The position numbers and the translations under genes were made by a program. A model generated the notes under the pieces. That model saw nothing but the letters and a program-made list of their open reading frames with translations. It was not told the origin of the DNA and made no database searches. From a candidate division FCPU426 bacterium (lineage in GTDB: Bacteria > Oederibacteriota > Muellerivitia > Muellerivitales > Muellerivitaceae): a stretch of 64,000 bases of DNA. The stretch is taken from NCBI GenBank assembly GCA_963847625.1, contig CAWKAR010000013.1:32001-96000 (forward strand), written 5' to 3'. Of this stretch, positions 1-11,200 are shown one piece after another; position 1 is the first letter of the stretch; every line of letters begins with the position of its first letter.

Positions 1-576
1 GAAAAGAATTTCCACCTGAAAGGAATAGCCAAATGAAAATATTTTTTGCAAGCCTATTTTCCGTAGCAAATCGACCCGGTAGCATTTGTAACCGCCGGAA
101 CAATCCTGAAAACGGATCCCGAGGATCCACCGGGCGAAATGGTTGGCGGAGCGGCTGATGAAAAAGCGCCACATTCCCCAATTCACCATTCCCCCGTCCT
201 TCACGTAACGCGAGCCAATGATGAGATCGTTGACCCTGACCAATTCCAGCATTCTCGGGATATTGGCGGGATCGTGGGACAAATCCGCGTCCATGGCAAT
301 GACAAAACGGTAGTCCCATTCAACGGCTTTTTCCATGCCATGGACATAGGCGGAACCCAGGCCCATTTTTTCCGGCCGATGAAGGACCTTGACGTGGGAG
401 TCCCGGCACGAGATGGTTTCGGCGATTTTGCCAGTACCATCAGGTGAATTGTCGTCCACAAAGAGAAGGTCGCAAGCTTTGGTCGCACAGAAGATCTTTT
501 GGTATACGGTTTCGATATTCCCTTTTTCGTTGTAAGTCGGAACCACGATCAGGGTCTGGTTCTTCCTTTTTCTCAT
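1..576 (-). CDS. GT2 glycosyltransferase, polyprenol-phosphate mannose synthase (Dpm1/Ppm1-like); 3' end runs off the window
   Basis: Read manually: ATG at 576, MRKRKNQTLIVVPTYNEKGNIE...LFVDDNSPDGT...MDADLSH...IGSRYV. Absent from the ORF track because the stop lies outside the window. Confidence 0.88.
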   Translation of the reverse strand, partial: MRKRKNQTLIVVPTYNEKGNIETVYQKIFCATKACDLLFVDDNSPDGTGKIAETISCRDSHVKVLHRPEKMGLGSAYVHGMEKAVEWDYRFVIAMDADLSHDPANIPRMLELVRVNDLIIGSRYVKDGGMVNWGMWRFFISRSANHFARWILGIRFQDCSGGYKCYRVDLLRKIGLQKIFSFGYSFQVEILF

Positions 577-611
577 GGTCTCCCCATTGGATTTTTCGCC
601 TCAGACACGAG

Positions 612-1634
612 TTACCGGACGGCCGTAATGGGGGACGGAATAAACCGGACGATCCTGTTTTGACCCCTTTCGGCCACGATGACTCTTCCTTGGTTGTCCA
701 ACGCGATGCCGGCCGCCCCCGGGAACCCCTGCCCTTTTCCGGGTCTTTTATAAATAGCCTGGGTATCTCCGGATATGGACAGCTTCAGGACCCATTGTTG
801 GCTTGCGTTTGTCGTATAGAGGGAACCCTGTCCCAAGGCCAGGTACGGCATCTCGTCGTTCTTTCCCCTCCATGAAGAGACCTTAAATGCGGCTTGAAAT
901 TTCCCATCCAGGTTGAATTTCTGAATCCGCAGGTTGTCAGAATCCACCACATAGAGGAACCCGCCGGGATCGGCCACACAGCCTTCCGGTTCCTGGAACT
1001 GGCTGTTTGTCTTTCCGAAACTTCCCCAATCCTTTATAAAATTTCCTTCCTCGTCAAAAACGTCGACTTTGTGGTTTCCGGTGTCTACCACATAAATACG
1101 GTTCCCATCCCCGGAAATGCCCCGGGGACCGTTAAAACTGCGGCTCCATTCCTTGAGGAAATGGCCGTCCGCGTCGAACTTTTGGATGCGGTGATTGAAG
1201 GTATCGCAAACAAAAATCAGGCCCTGTTTATTCACGAAAATTCCGCTGGGTTGGTTGAATTGCCCCTTTTCCTTGCCGGATTCGCCGAAGGAAAGGACCT
1301 CATTCCCGGATACGTCGAATTTCCGGACGCGGTTGGCCCCGAATTCCGTAACATAGATATTCCCATTTTCGTCGGTGGCCACATCCCAAGGTTCCTTGAG
1401 GACCCCGGATTTCGTCCCATTACCGTCGGTTTCCCAATCCACCCGGACATCCACGACCTTGGCCAGGGACAACTGTCGGCTGATTTTTTGAAGGGTCCCG
1501 TAAAGCAAGCATACCAAAACAGTAATGCCCATGAGGGCGAAAAATAGTTTCGCCCCCTTCCCAAACCTTTTGTGTTTTTTACCGCCCTTCTTTCGCCGAT
1601 TCCGTTTACCTGCCGTTGACCGCTTTTTCGCCAT
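612..1634 (-). CDS. Membrane-anchored NHL-repeat beta-propeller protein
   Basis: Basic N-tail, one TM helix, repeated F..P.G.....G.IYV.D..N.RIQKF motifs. Confidence 0.9.
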   Translation of the reverse strand: MAKKRSTAGKRNRRKKGGKKHKRFGKGAKLFFALMGITVLVCLLYGTLQKISRQLSLAKVVDVRVDWETDGNGTKSGVLKEPWDVATDENGNIYVTEFGANRVRKFDVSGNEVLSFGESGKEKGQFNQPSGIFVNKQGLIFVCDTFNHRIQKFDADGHFLKEWSRSFNGPRGISGDGNRIYVVDTGNHKVDVFDEEGNFIKDWGSFGKTNSQFQEPEGCVADPGGFLYVVDSDNLRIQKFNLDGKFQAAFKVSSWRGKNDEMPYLALGQGSLYTTNASQQWVLKLSISGDTQAIYKRPGKGQGFPGAAGIALDNQGRVIVAERGQNRIVRFIPSPITAVR

Positions 1635-1670
1635 TTCTCGTTCTCCTTTTCCTACTGATAACGGATGGGA

Positions 1671-2699
1671 TTACAGTCCCCTTAGTTTGTAAATCCTCGC
1701 GGTTGCGGCATCGGTCACGTAAACGTTCCCGTCCTTGTCAACCGCGACACCGATCGGGGTATTGAACAGGTTCCCGCCATTCGGATCTTTTTCCAGGGTC
1801 GCGGCCAGCGAACCGTCGTTCGTATGGTAGGCATAAACCTTCTTGCCGCGGCCGTCGGTAACATAGAGCAGGCCCTTCATGGAATCCATCGCCAGATGGG
1901 GCTCCATGTCGACTTGCTCCTGGGCCCAGCCGCCCACGTGCCATTCCCGCAAGAACTGACCGTCGGAAGTGAAAACCTGTATCCGGAAATTCAAGCGGTC
2001 GGCCACGTAAAGGTTTCCGGCCTGGTCCAAAGCCAATCCGATCGGCTCGTTGAATTGCCCGGGTTTGTCGCCCTTGATGCCCCATGCCCTTATTTGTGCG
2101 CCTTTAGGGTCGAATTTAACGATTCGGTGCCTGCCAGTATCCGCGACAAAAATGAATCCCTTCGAATCCGCCGCAATTTCACGGGGCCCGAAGAAGCCGT
2201 CCTGGCTCACGAAAACTTTCTTCAGGCTTCCCTTGGATGAAAAGATTTGGATGCGCGCGTTCCAGGTATCGATGACATAAACATTATCGTCGGGCCCGAT
2301 GCATAAACCGTTAGGCTCGTTTAGTTTTCCCGGCGACAGGCTGGCCAGTTTCTTCTGGTCCGCCCCGCCCACGTTGGTAAAGCCCCCGAATTCAGTCATG
2401 AACTGCCACTTGGCAGGGCCGAACTTTTGGACCCTGTGGTTGCGACTGTCGGCCACGAAGATTTCGCCTTTGCTGTTCACCGCAATGCCCCGGGGATAGC
2501 TGAATTGCCCCGGTCCAGCCCCCGGCTGGCCGCCTTCCATGAGCACTAAACTGGCCCTCGCTGGTGGAGGCGCCTGACCAATCACGGGTTTGGGTTTTGA
2601 ACCCATCATGGCCCAAATGGCCGCGACAGCCACTAGTGCCAAGACCGCTGCCAAAACTAAATCCTTCGTCGTTAAAATCCGTTCACCGATTTTCAGCAT
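1671..2699 (-). CDS. Membrane-anchored NHL-repeat protein
   Basis: N-terminal TM helix; repeats such as GQFSYPRGIAV..IFVADSRNHRVQKF and GQFNEPIGLAL..LYVADRLNFRIQVF. Confidence 0.9.
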   Translation of the reverse strand: MLKIGERILTTKDLVLAAVLALVAVAAIWAMMGSKPKPVIGQAPPPARASLVLMEGGQPGAGPGQFSYPRGIAVNSKGEIFVADSRNHRVQKFGPAKWQFMTEFGGFTNVGGADQKKLASLSPGKLNEPNGLCIGPDDNVYVIDTWNARIQIFSSKGSLKKVFVSQDGFFGPREIAADSKGFIFVADTGRHRIVKFDPKGAQIRAWGIKGDKPGQFNEPIGLALDQAGNLYVADRLNFRIQVFTSDGQFLREWHVGGWAQEQVDMEPHLAMDSMKGLLYVTDGRGKKVYAYHTNDGSLAATLEKDPNGGNLFNTPIGVAVDKDGNVYVTDAATARIYKLRGL

Positions 2700-2732
2700 C
2701 TTCGACCTCCCTGAAGTAAAATGTGGTCCCGG

Positions 2733-5242
2733 TTAAGGGTTGATCTTATACAACACAGAATTTCCAATGTTAATGACTGACGTGCCAAGCTGGGCGAACT
2801 TACCCAGGTTTTCGGGGTGATCCTTATACTTCTGCCGTTCCAAGTCCCCCACATAAACGTAATCCACCGAATATTTCCTCAATAAATCCCGGGTTTGGTT
2901 CAAGTCCGGGCTTGAGTATAAAGCGTCCACGTCCGACTGCCTTTTTTGCACGGTGTCATCTGGGCTTTGGCCTCGGATAACCGCCTGATCCCAGGAACCC
3001 CTCCATTGCGCCTCGTGGAAATTCCAACCCAGCAAAGTGGGGTATCCCGTCACGGTGGAAAGCCGCGTGTATTCCTGCTGGTAGGATCCCCCCAGGCTTC
3101 CAGAATCACTGGAATTTTACCTGAAATCGGCTTCACGTTGGTTTTGATCCACTGGGCCACTTGGTAATCCACCGGGAAAGTTCGCTCATAATAAAGGGAC
3201 CCGTCCATCGTGATATTTTCCACCGAGGACCCCCGCATGCGCGACGTGAACGCCAGAACCGGGTAAAGGGCGGCCCCAAAAAAAGCGAGGCTGGCGGCCG
3301 TAATCCAAAGCCATTTCTTCCACGATGCCCAGCGGGTTAACTGGTTTTCCACGATCCACTTCAAGAAAAACCCCGATGACAGGCTGAAAAGAATCCAAGC
3401 CTGGTAATGGAACTTGAACACTGTATTCATGCGGTAAAGGCTGCTACCGTCGAAATGGTCCCGGATATACAAAACTTCACAGCTCAAAATCAGGGCAAAG
3501 GCAAGGATGGCCAGCAGGGTGGCAAAAACCCCCTCATGGCTTTCATCCTTTCCAGAAAGCGACATCACGGCGAATAACACTAAGAGGGCTGCGAAAAGAA
3601 TGGTAGCGAGCTTCAAGAACCCCAAATTCAATAGGATCAAGGCCGCCAGCGCAATCCCGAGGGCCATCCAGCCCCGCGTTGGATTTGAATCAGATCGGAA
3701 AAACCTCTTCAACCCGGATAGGAAAAGACGGGTTTTATCGTGTGGCACCGCGACGAATTCAACGGTGCCGGCAGGAGCTAATTCCCCCCCGCAAAAGCCG
3801 CAGAAATTTTTACCTGAATTTTCGCGGCCGCAATAAACGCATTTCCAATCCTCGGAACGTTTGCTCCGCGCCTTGGCGCCTTTCTCATTGTTGGAATGGA
3901 GCGCTTTTCCGATCAAGGCCGGCACCAGGATAACCAGGAACAAGCCGAATATGACATTAATGTAGTAGAAATCGGTTCGGTCACCCACAAAACCCAAACC
4001 CTTTGCTTGAGATTGGAATTTGAAATAAAAAAACATGTAAAACAGGAAAGAACCCACCACGATGGGAATCCCGACCAGCGCGGTAGATTTAAACCATGTC
4101 GCAAGATCCTTCCCGTTGACCCACCACTGCTGGAGAGCAAGACTGATTCCCAACAGAAGCATAAAAGTCGGAAAATCCCAGCTGTTCAGGAATGAAAGAG
4201 CCCCGAAAATCATCATGAACATAACCCATTGGATCAATTGCCATGAGCGCCTGTTGGAAAAAACACCCAAACCCGGATAGGGGGATTTTATCAAGTTCAA
4301 TATGACCGCCACCGCCAATAGGACGAAAGGAATGGCCATCACATGCGGGTGGAGATCCGAAAGAAAAAAGCTGAAAGAGGGGAACTCATTAATCATTTTG
4401 TCGCTAGGGGGAACGGGAACAATGCGGGAGGCCTGGAAATAATCCCAATAATTGGCGAGGGGGCTGAAAAGGAAACCAAAAAAACCCGAAAAGCCGGTGT
4501 GTGCCGAAGAATTGGCTGGAAAATTATAATAAGGTATCCGCAAATCTCCTATCTTGAAGCTTTGTACGGCGCGATGCCAATAATCCAAATTCCCGAAAAT
4601 CACCATGCATGCAGAGGAAAAAAGAGAGTAACGATACCGCCGGGTCAAGGAGTATGCGATGGCAAAAGCGCAAACCGCGGCCAATGCCCATGTCAGGGCC
4701 ATAGCAAGATTGTAGGCAACGCCCGAATCAACAAAAGTTAGTTTGCTCATGACCGCCACGATGAAATAACCGAAATAGTAATAGGAAATACTACCACCCG
4801 CTAACCAAGGATCCTGGGGAGGCATGTTCGGCGAAGCCAAGATCCCGTTGATCATGGCAAAATCCATGGGTTTTTCTGTGCCCACGATGTCAGGCGTGCG
4901 CATCTTGTAGGCACCTGCCACTAGGAACGCCACTAGGAAAAAACATTCCACTACCAGGATGAACCCAGCGTTTTTAGCCCAAAATTCCTTGAAGGAAATC
5001 CAGGAATCTTTTAGTAGGTAAGCTGAGGCGGCCGTAAGGACGAGGACCGCCATGATGATGCTTGAGACGCCGAACGAGAGATATCCGAAAAGCCAGGAAA
5101 AATAACCTATGACCAGTAATGCCAAAACCTTGCTGAAAATATAGCCCTTGTCGGGAAGTTGTTTCAGCAAAACCAGGGTCAAAGGCAATGCCAACAACCC
5201 CAGGATCTCTATGACCAACCACCAAACAAAAAGAGATGCCAT
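2733..5242 (-). CDS. DUF2298 (YYY) multi-pass membrane protein, GT-C-like; split by a 1-nt frameshift at 3088-3093
   Basis: Motifs GTEKPMDF, ISYYYFG, INEFPSFSF..DLHPH, NSWDFP, RMNTVFKF. Adding one G to the G6 run gives ILEAWGGSYQQEYTRLSTVTGYPTLLGW and joins ORFs 3050..5242 and 2733..3053. Confidence 0.85.
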
Positions 5243-5295
5243 TTAATAAACCTCCAAGGATGACATAAATTTATTGAAAACTTTCCTCAACCCAA

Positions 5296-8200
5296 TCACT
5301 GGAAAGCAGGTGGAGGATTATAGTAAATTTCGACTTCTGGATTCTTATAGATTAAAGGTAAAAACTGCTGGAATTTAGCCAAACCTTCGGGCGGATAGCC
5401 TCCCTTACGGCCCGGGACCCCATTTCTTTCAACTGTTCCAACCATCACTAAACGAACCCCGTAGGCATCCATGTATTTCTTCGCTGTGTCAGCGTCAGTG
5501 GAACGGAATATTTGTTCGGTAGCTTGGAAACGATGGCTGATGTCATTTTCCATTCCAGGCCGACCCGCCACCCATTCCCGCACATGCCCATCCCACCCCA
5601 TCAAAGCGGGAATGCCCGTAAAAATGGAGTACCTGGAACCCCATGAATTGTAACCTTCGCCCACAAACTCGACCAAGCAAGGTTGATCGGGGATATTCTT
5701 GTTTAAAAAATTAATCGCGGCCGCGTCATAAGGATTAACCCGCGGCAAAAAAGATAGCCCATCCAGGGTCGGTGTTTCCGCGTATCCCATCGATTGGATT
5801 CTAAACTGGTTGAAAAATCCTTGGCATTTTCGGTTGGTCGAGGAAACCGGATAGATCGAGACCATTAAAATCAACGCGCACAATAATAATCCCCAAGCAT
5901 AGAAAACCATCCTTCTGCCCGTATCCTTTCGCCCTTCAAAATAAATTGAAAAAACGGCCACTATGATGCTTGAAACCATCACGGGGAATAAAACTTCCGC
6001 GCTAACATCCTCGCCGAATTTTTCAATATAGTTAAAAACCGGCCCGGAACCGAACTTAATCAAGGGCAAAAGGTTGTAAAGGGCAAGAACAATTCCCAGG
6101 GATATGGCGATGATCCGTAGCCATCCCTCCTCCAACCATTCTTCGATATATAACCAGGAAAGAATCCCCCCGATCAGGATCAAGTTTAAAATATATACAA
6201 ATCCCGTGTGCAAGGAAGGCAGGAAACTGTTTAAAACGATCCTCAGCAAAACATAAACAAAAATGCCTGAAACAATCCTTAAAATCCAGCCCGGCAGGGG
6301 TCCCTCTTTCAGCTTTGCTTTTAAAAACCCTTTAAAAAAATCAAACGTTTTTGGAAGGAAAATCCCGCCTGAAATCGCGGCGAGGGTCCAGGCGTTGATT
6401 CCGTATTTGAACATGGAATTATTCCTCATGCCGTTGCCAAAACCAAAATACTCGCTCATGACAAAAACTTCCAAAACCGAGGTTACAAAGAAGAAATAGG
6501 ATACGAGAAGGTAGGAAAAGGACAGGGGCCGGTCCGGCAACACTTTGATGGCCAAGCCCAGATGGAAAAAAGCCAGCAGCCACAACACTGAAAATAGCAA
6601 AAGTCCCAAGGTCGGGGGTAAATCCTGGGTCAGGTGGAGAAAGTGAATCGACATTAAGGAAATCCACAACACCACTAACGCCGCCCATGCCGCCCAAATT
6701 TCCCAACGGTTCTTGAGATACAAGGCAAAACTAATCAAGGCCACGGTCAGAGTTCCCAAAATTTGGGCGACGATGGTCCCGCCGCCGTCCTGGGATTCCG
6801 TCCAATGGATCCAGGAAGCCCCCCAAATTGACATCAGGCAAAAGGCCCCTAATATAAACATCCCTTGAACGGCATTTTGGGGTAAAAGAATGTCGGCGCC
6901 CTTGTCCATCACCGCGTCCAGGAATGCATCCCATTTCCATCTAATCCTTGTTTTACTCCCGACCCACTTGAACAGGCGCGCTCGGTACGCTACGGCGAAA
7001 CTCATCAAAAGAATCGCGAGGAAAAGCCCATAAAAATTGAAATAATTCCACAGACTCGTCCGAATATCGGGTTTCACCCACATCACCTTGTTCTGCTGGG
7101 GATGGAAATCCGCGAAAAAGAAAGGAGCCCACAAAAGGGCCATAGCCAGCAGCGTCCAACCCAGCGCGGTCAATACCCCCAATAGTTGTTTCGAGAAGAG
7201 TTGCGATTTCTTTTTCAAATAGAGCCAAACGATCGGAAACCCGATGCCCAAAATCGCGAAGAATACAAAATAACCCGTGGTTCCGCCCAAAGCATGGGTG
7301 GAAAGCTCGAACCTGAACCCTATGATTTTCCGGGCCAGGTTTTCCAAGCCCGAATTAAGCCACCATCCCAGCAGGGTCAAGGAACTTACGAGAGAAATGA
7401 ACAAAAGGGTCATTCCCTTGGTCAACATGGGTTTCGCCAGGGGGGCCAGGTTCCGCACCATCATGGCAATCCCTAAAAGGATCAACCATGTCGGAATTTC
7501 CCATGTATTCAAGAATGCGATAGCGCCGAAAATAAACCCCGCAGTGACCAGCGTTTTCCAATCCCATTTCCACTTGAAAGGACCTTGTGTATTGGATAAA
7601 TAAATGGAAGCGATGACCCCGATCAACAACATGGCGAACGGCATGGCAAGTGTGTGGGCGTGCATGTCCCCGTAAAGGACGCTGAAATACGGGAACTCAT
7701 TGATGGTTGATCCTTCGTTATTTCCAAATGGAATGACGCGGGTCGGTCCCCAATAGTCATAGCGGAAATTAAATAAGGGCGCCCAAAATTCCGGGAAATG
7801 TTTGAAAAAAATCTCCCAACTACCCGATGCAAAACATTGGTGAAGAGCTTCTAAATGTTGCTTTGCCGCAGCCGGATCTCCCGCAACCGCACAAAGGAAT
7901 CCAGCGATCCACCCGCTGGAAAGCCTGCCAGATAAGGCAAACGCCAATCCAAAAGCACAAGAAAAGATCAAGGCGAATAGAGTGATGAGAGCCAAGTTGT
8001 AAGTCACGGCTGGCGCGAGACCCAAGGTTTTAGTCAAAATACCCATCATCAAATGACCAAAATAAAAAGTGTAACCAATCGGTTCGCCGGCCATCCACAT
8101 ATTCTGTGGTGGAAATGTTTCACCTCGCACGACGGAAGCCAAGAATCCAAAATCCATTCCCGCTTCCCCGCCGCCGTTGTAACCGTCCGAAACCGGGTCA

Positions 8201-11200
8201 TGAATGTGGGAAATAAATAATTTTATAAATGTAAACACTGAAAAGGCGATGATAAAGGCCGTTTCTTGCCTGATCCATGCCGAGCCCCATTTAGCGTAAA
8301 GACTTTTCAAGAAAGCTCTATCACGCCAATAAGCAAAAAGGGATAAAGCCGCCAAAACCAAAAGCCATGCCCAACAACTTCCCAATGTGAAATGTAACAA
8401 CTTTACGCGAGTGAAAAACCAAACCACCCAGGAAAAAACGAGAAAACCAAATACCTTGCTGAGGGAATAAGCCCCCGAACTCAAAGGGGACATGATCCGT
8501 AGTGTCAATGGTAGTGCGAGAATTCCCAGGAGAATCAAAAGCAATAGCCATGAAATCCAAGCCCGCAACTGGTAAAAAAAGGTGTTGAGATTAGCCACTG
8601 GCAGCTTGGGAACATCATTTTCTATATAAGGATGCTGTGTAAATGATTCCAAAATCCTTATGGTTTTAGCGTCAGGCAATCCCGGCATAGTGACCGGCGT
8701 GACAACCTTCATCTGGGGCGTGGGTTGGGAAATCGCCTCTACTGGCGAGGCCGTGTTTTCCTCCTTCGGTTTTTCCAGTTCCCGGGCCTCAGGCTTCACC
8801 GCCAGCGGCTTATTTCCCGCTGGAGTAGCAGCGGCAAGAGCCGTCGGAGCCGATTCATCCAACTGGGCCAGAAGATCCTTAGATTGAAGGTACTGGCGGC
8901 GCTGGGCGATGAAGGAATCAACGTTTGCCGGCGTGATTTGGCGCATCATATCCCGGTTGATGCCTTTTACGTAATCGTCGGTCTCGATCATTTTTAAGAT
9001 GCGGTCTGGGGGGACGTTCTCGAATTTCTTGAATAAATAAACCCGGGGATGGTCATAAACCGAGAAGGATTCTTCGCCGGTTTCATCGGGGTGAGACCAG
9101 CCAAAAAGGGTCGGAAAATTGTGGAACTCAGCCACCATTTTGAAGCCCAGCAGGCCGGACCACAGGAGCCGGTAATATCGGGATGTAACAGGATAGGCGT
9201 TGAAACCATGGGGCCGGAATTCCGGGGTACAGTCGGTCAAGGTGTACCAAAGTTTTTTCGATGAAATGCTGATGTAATCGGCTTGTTGAAAGATATTGGC
9301 GTAATAATTCTTTTTAACCGGGCTGTTATCTGTCGGGAAACCATGCAATTCATAGGGGGTGATGTCCTTCGACCGGTAAAGGCCAGGACTCATGGGCTTG
9401 TCGATTCGCGGGTCCTGTTGTGGGAGCAAATCAACTGGAAGGCCGTCCCCCCAAGCCTCATTCAAGATCGCGGATCCAGGAGGAATATGCTTGTATATCC
9501 AAACCGACGAATCAATCCAAGGATTTAGTGATGAATAGACATGCATATACGCGATGGAATAAAAAAGGCCCCCGCCGAGCACCACCGCCGTCAAAAGCGG
9601 TTTTAGAATATTCGCGGGAAATTTCCACCGGTTAATAAACTCGAAGAAATCCGATAAAAAGCGGGCGCCAAAAATGCAAAAAACCGGGATCAAGGGGACC
9701 ATGTAACGGACAAACTTCGTGTTCCAAGCGCCGATAAACCCGAAATACGGGATGAACCAGCACAAAAGCATTAGATCTGGAAGCGAGAAGGCGAAACTCT
9801 TTCCTTTCAGGAACGGAACCGGCAAAAGGCCGTTCGAAGAAACAGGTTTGAACAGCTTTAACAGGAAACGGCCCAAGACCCAAATCATTCCGATGACAAC
9901 CGTTATACCCAAGGGCCACCAAAGCTCGATGCCCATTAGGTTTTGAAGCTGGTACAAATAACGAAGGGTGTCTTTAAACTGCAATACGTAACAGGCGTCA
10001 GCGATGGAGACAACGTGCCATTCGTAGCCTTGGGACCCCATGAATCCCTGGAAATCCAAAAGGGACCAGGGCGACAACAAGCAGAAAATCAGGGCGGAAA
10101 GCCCGCACGAAGCCGCCAGTTTGATCCAATAGGGTATTTGCGCCCGGAGCACCTTGATTTTGGTAATGCCCCAAAAGAACACCAATAAAGCCAACGCGAA
10201 AAAAATAAACATGAACAAAACCCAGATGTTTGTCCCCTCGGATGTGTTCGACGGGAACAGGTCTTGAAGGACCCCTTTGAACTTATAGCCGACAGCCAAA
10301 AGGACGGCTGAAAGCGCGACTAAAATGGAATAAGCGAGCGGTGAATAATAACTCTCCCCGTATTTCCCCCCTTCCCTCAACCACTCTTTTTCGTTTTTTT
10401 TTGAAAGCAAAAGGAGATGGCCCAGGAAGAATATAAAAACGTAATACAGGGTGCTGGTCTTCGCGGCCATGGAAAGTCCGAAAGCCGCGCCCGTTAAAAG
10501 GTAATTTTTCCAACTCCCCTCGGTATAAATCTTGTAGGAAAGAAGGGCCATCACCATCAACATCAGGGTGATAAAGGACTCGGTGATGCAGTAATGCGAA
10601 TTCTCAATGCTCACTACCGCAAAGGCGAATGAAGCGGCGGCCACCAGGGCCATACCGCTGTTTTTATAAACCCTCTTCACGAATAAAAAGACGCCCAAAA
10701 TAGTCAAAGTTGAAAAAAACGCAGCCCAATAGCGGCCAATGAGCATACATTCCCCATAACCGGTATACTGCGGGCCATTGTGGGGACAGGATGCCAGCAT
10801 GGCCCAAAGGGCAAGGAAAATATTCAATAACCTGCCCCACCGGGAAACCCATCCAAACCAGTTAAACCCTACAAACACAATCAGGATAAAGGCTAAAACA
10901 CCAAAAGCCCTTGCAAATGCATCAGGAAGGATAAAAGGAACAATCCCAAATAAAACGGTAGTTCCCAATGCGATGTTTAATGGCATGCCTGACCATTCAA
11001 TTTCCATGAAAGCGGAAATAAGGTTGGAGAGGCCGAAGGAAACCACGGCGATAAAAACAAAAGACGCGGTTTTAAGGGGTATGTCGTTAATGGCGTTAAA
11101 CCAAATTGAAAAAATATCGAAAAATCTGGGATATAGGAAAAGCGTAATTAAAATAGCAGTGGAACTAATTCCAAAAGCCGCATTCCTGAATTTTTCCCTT

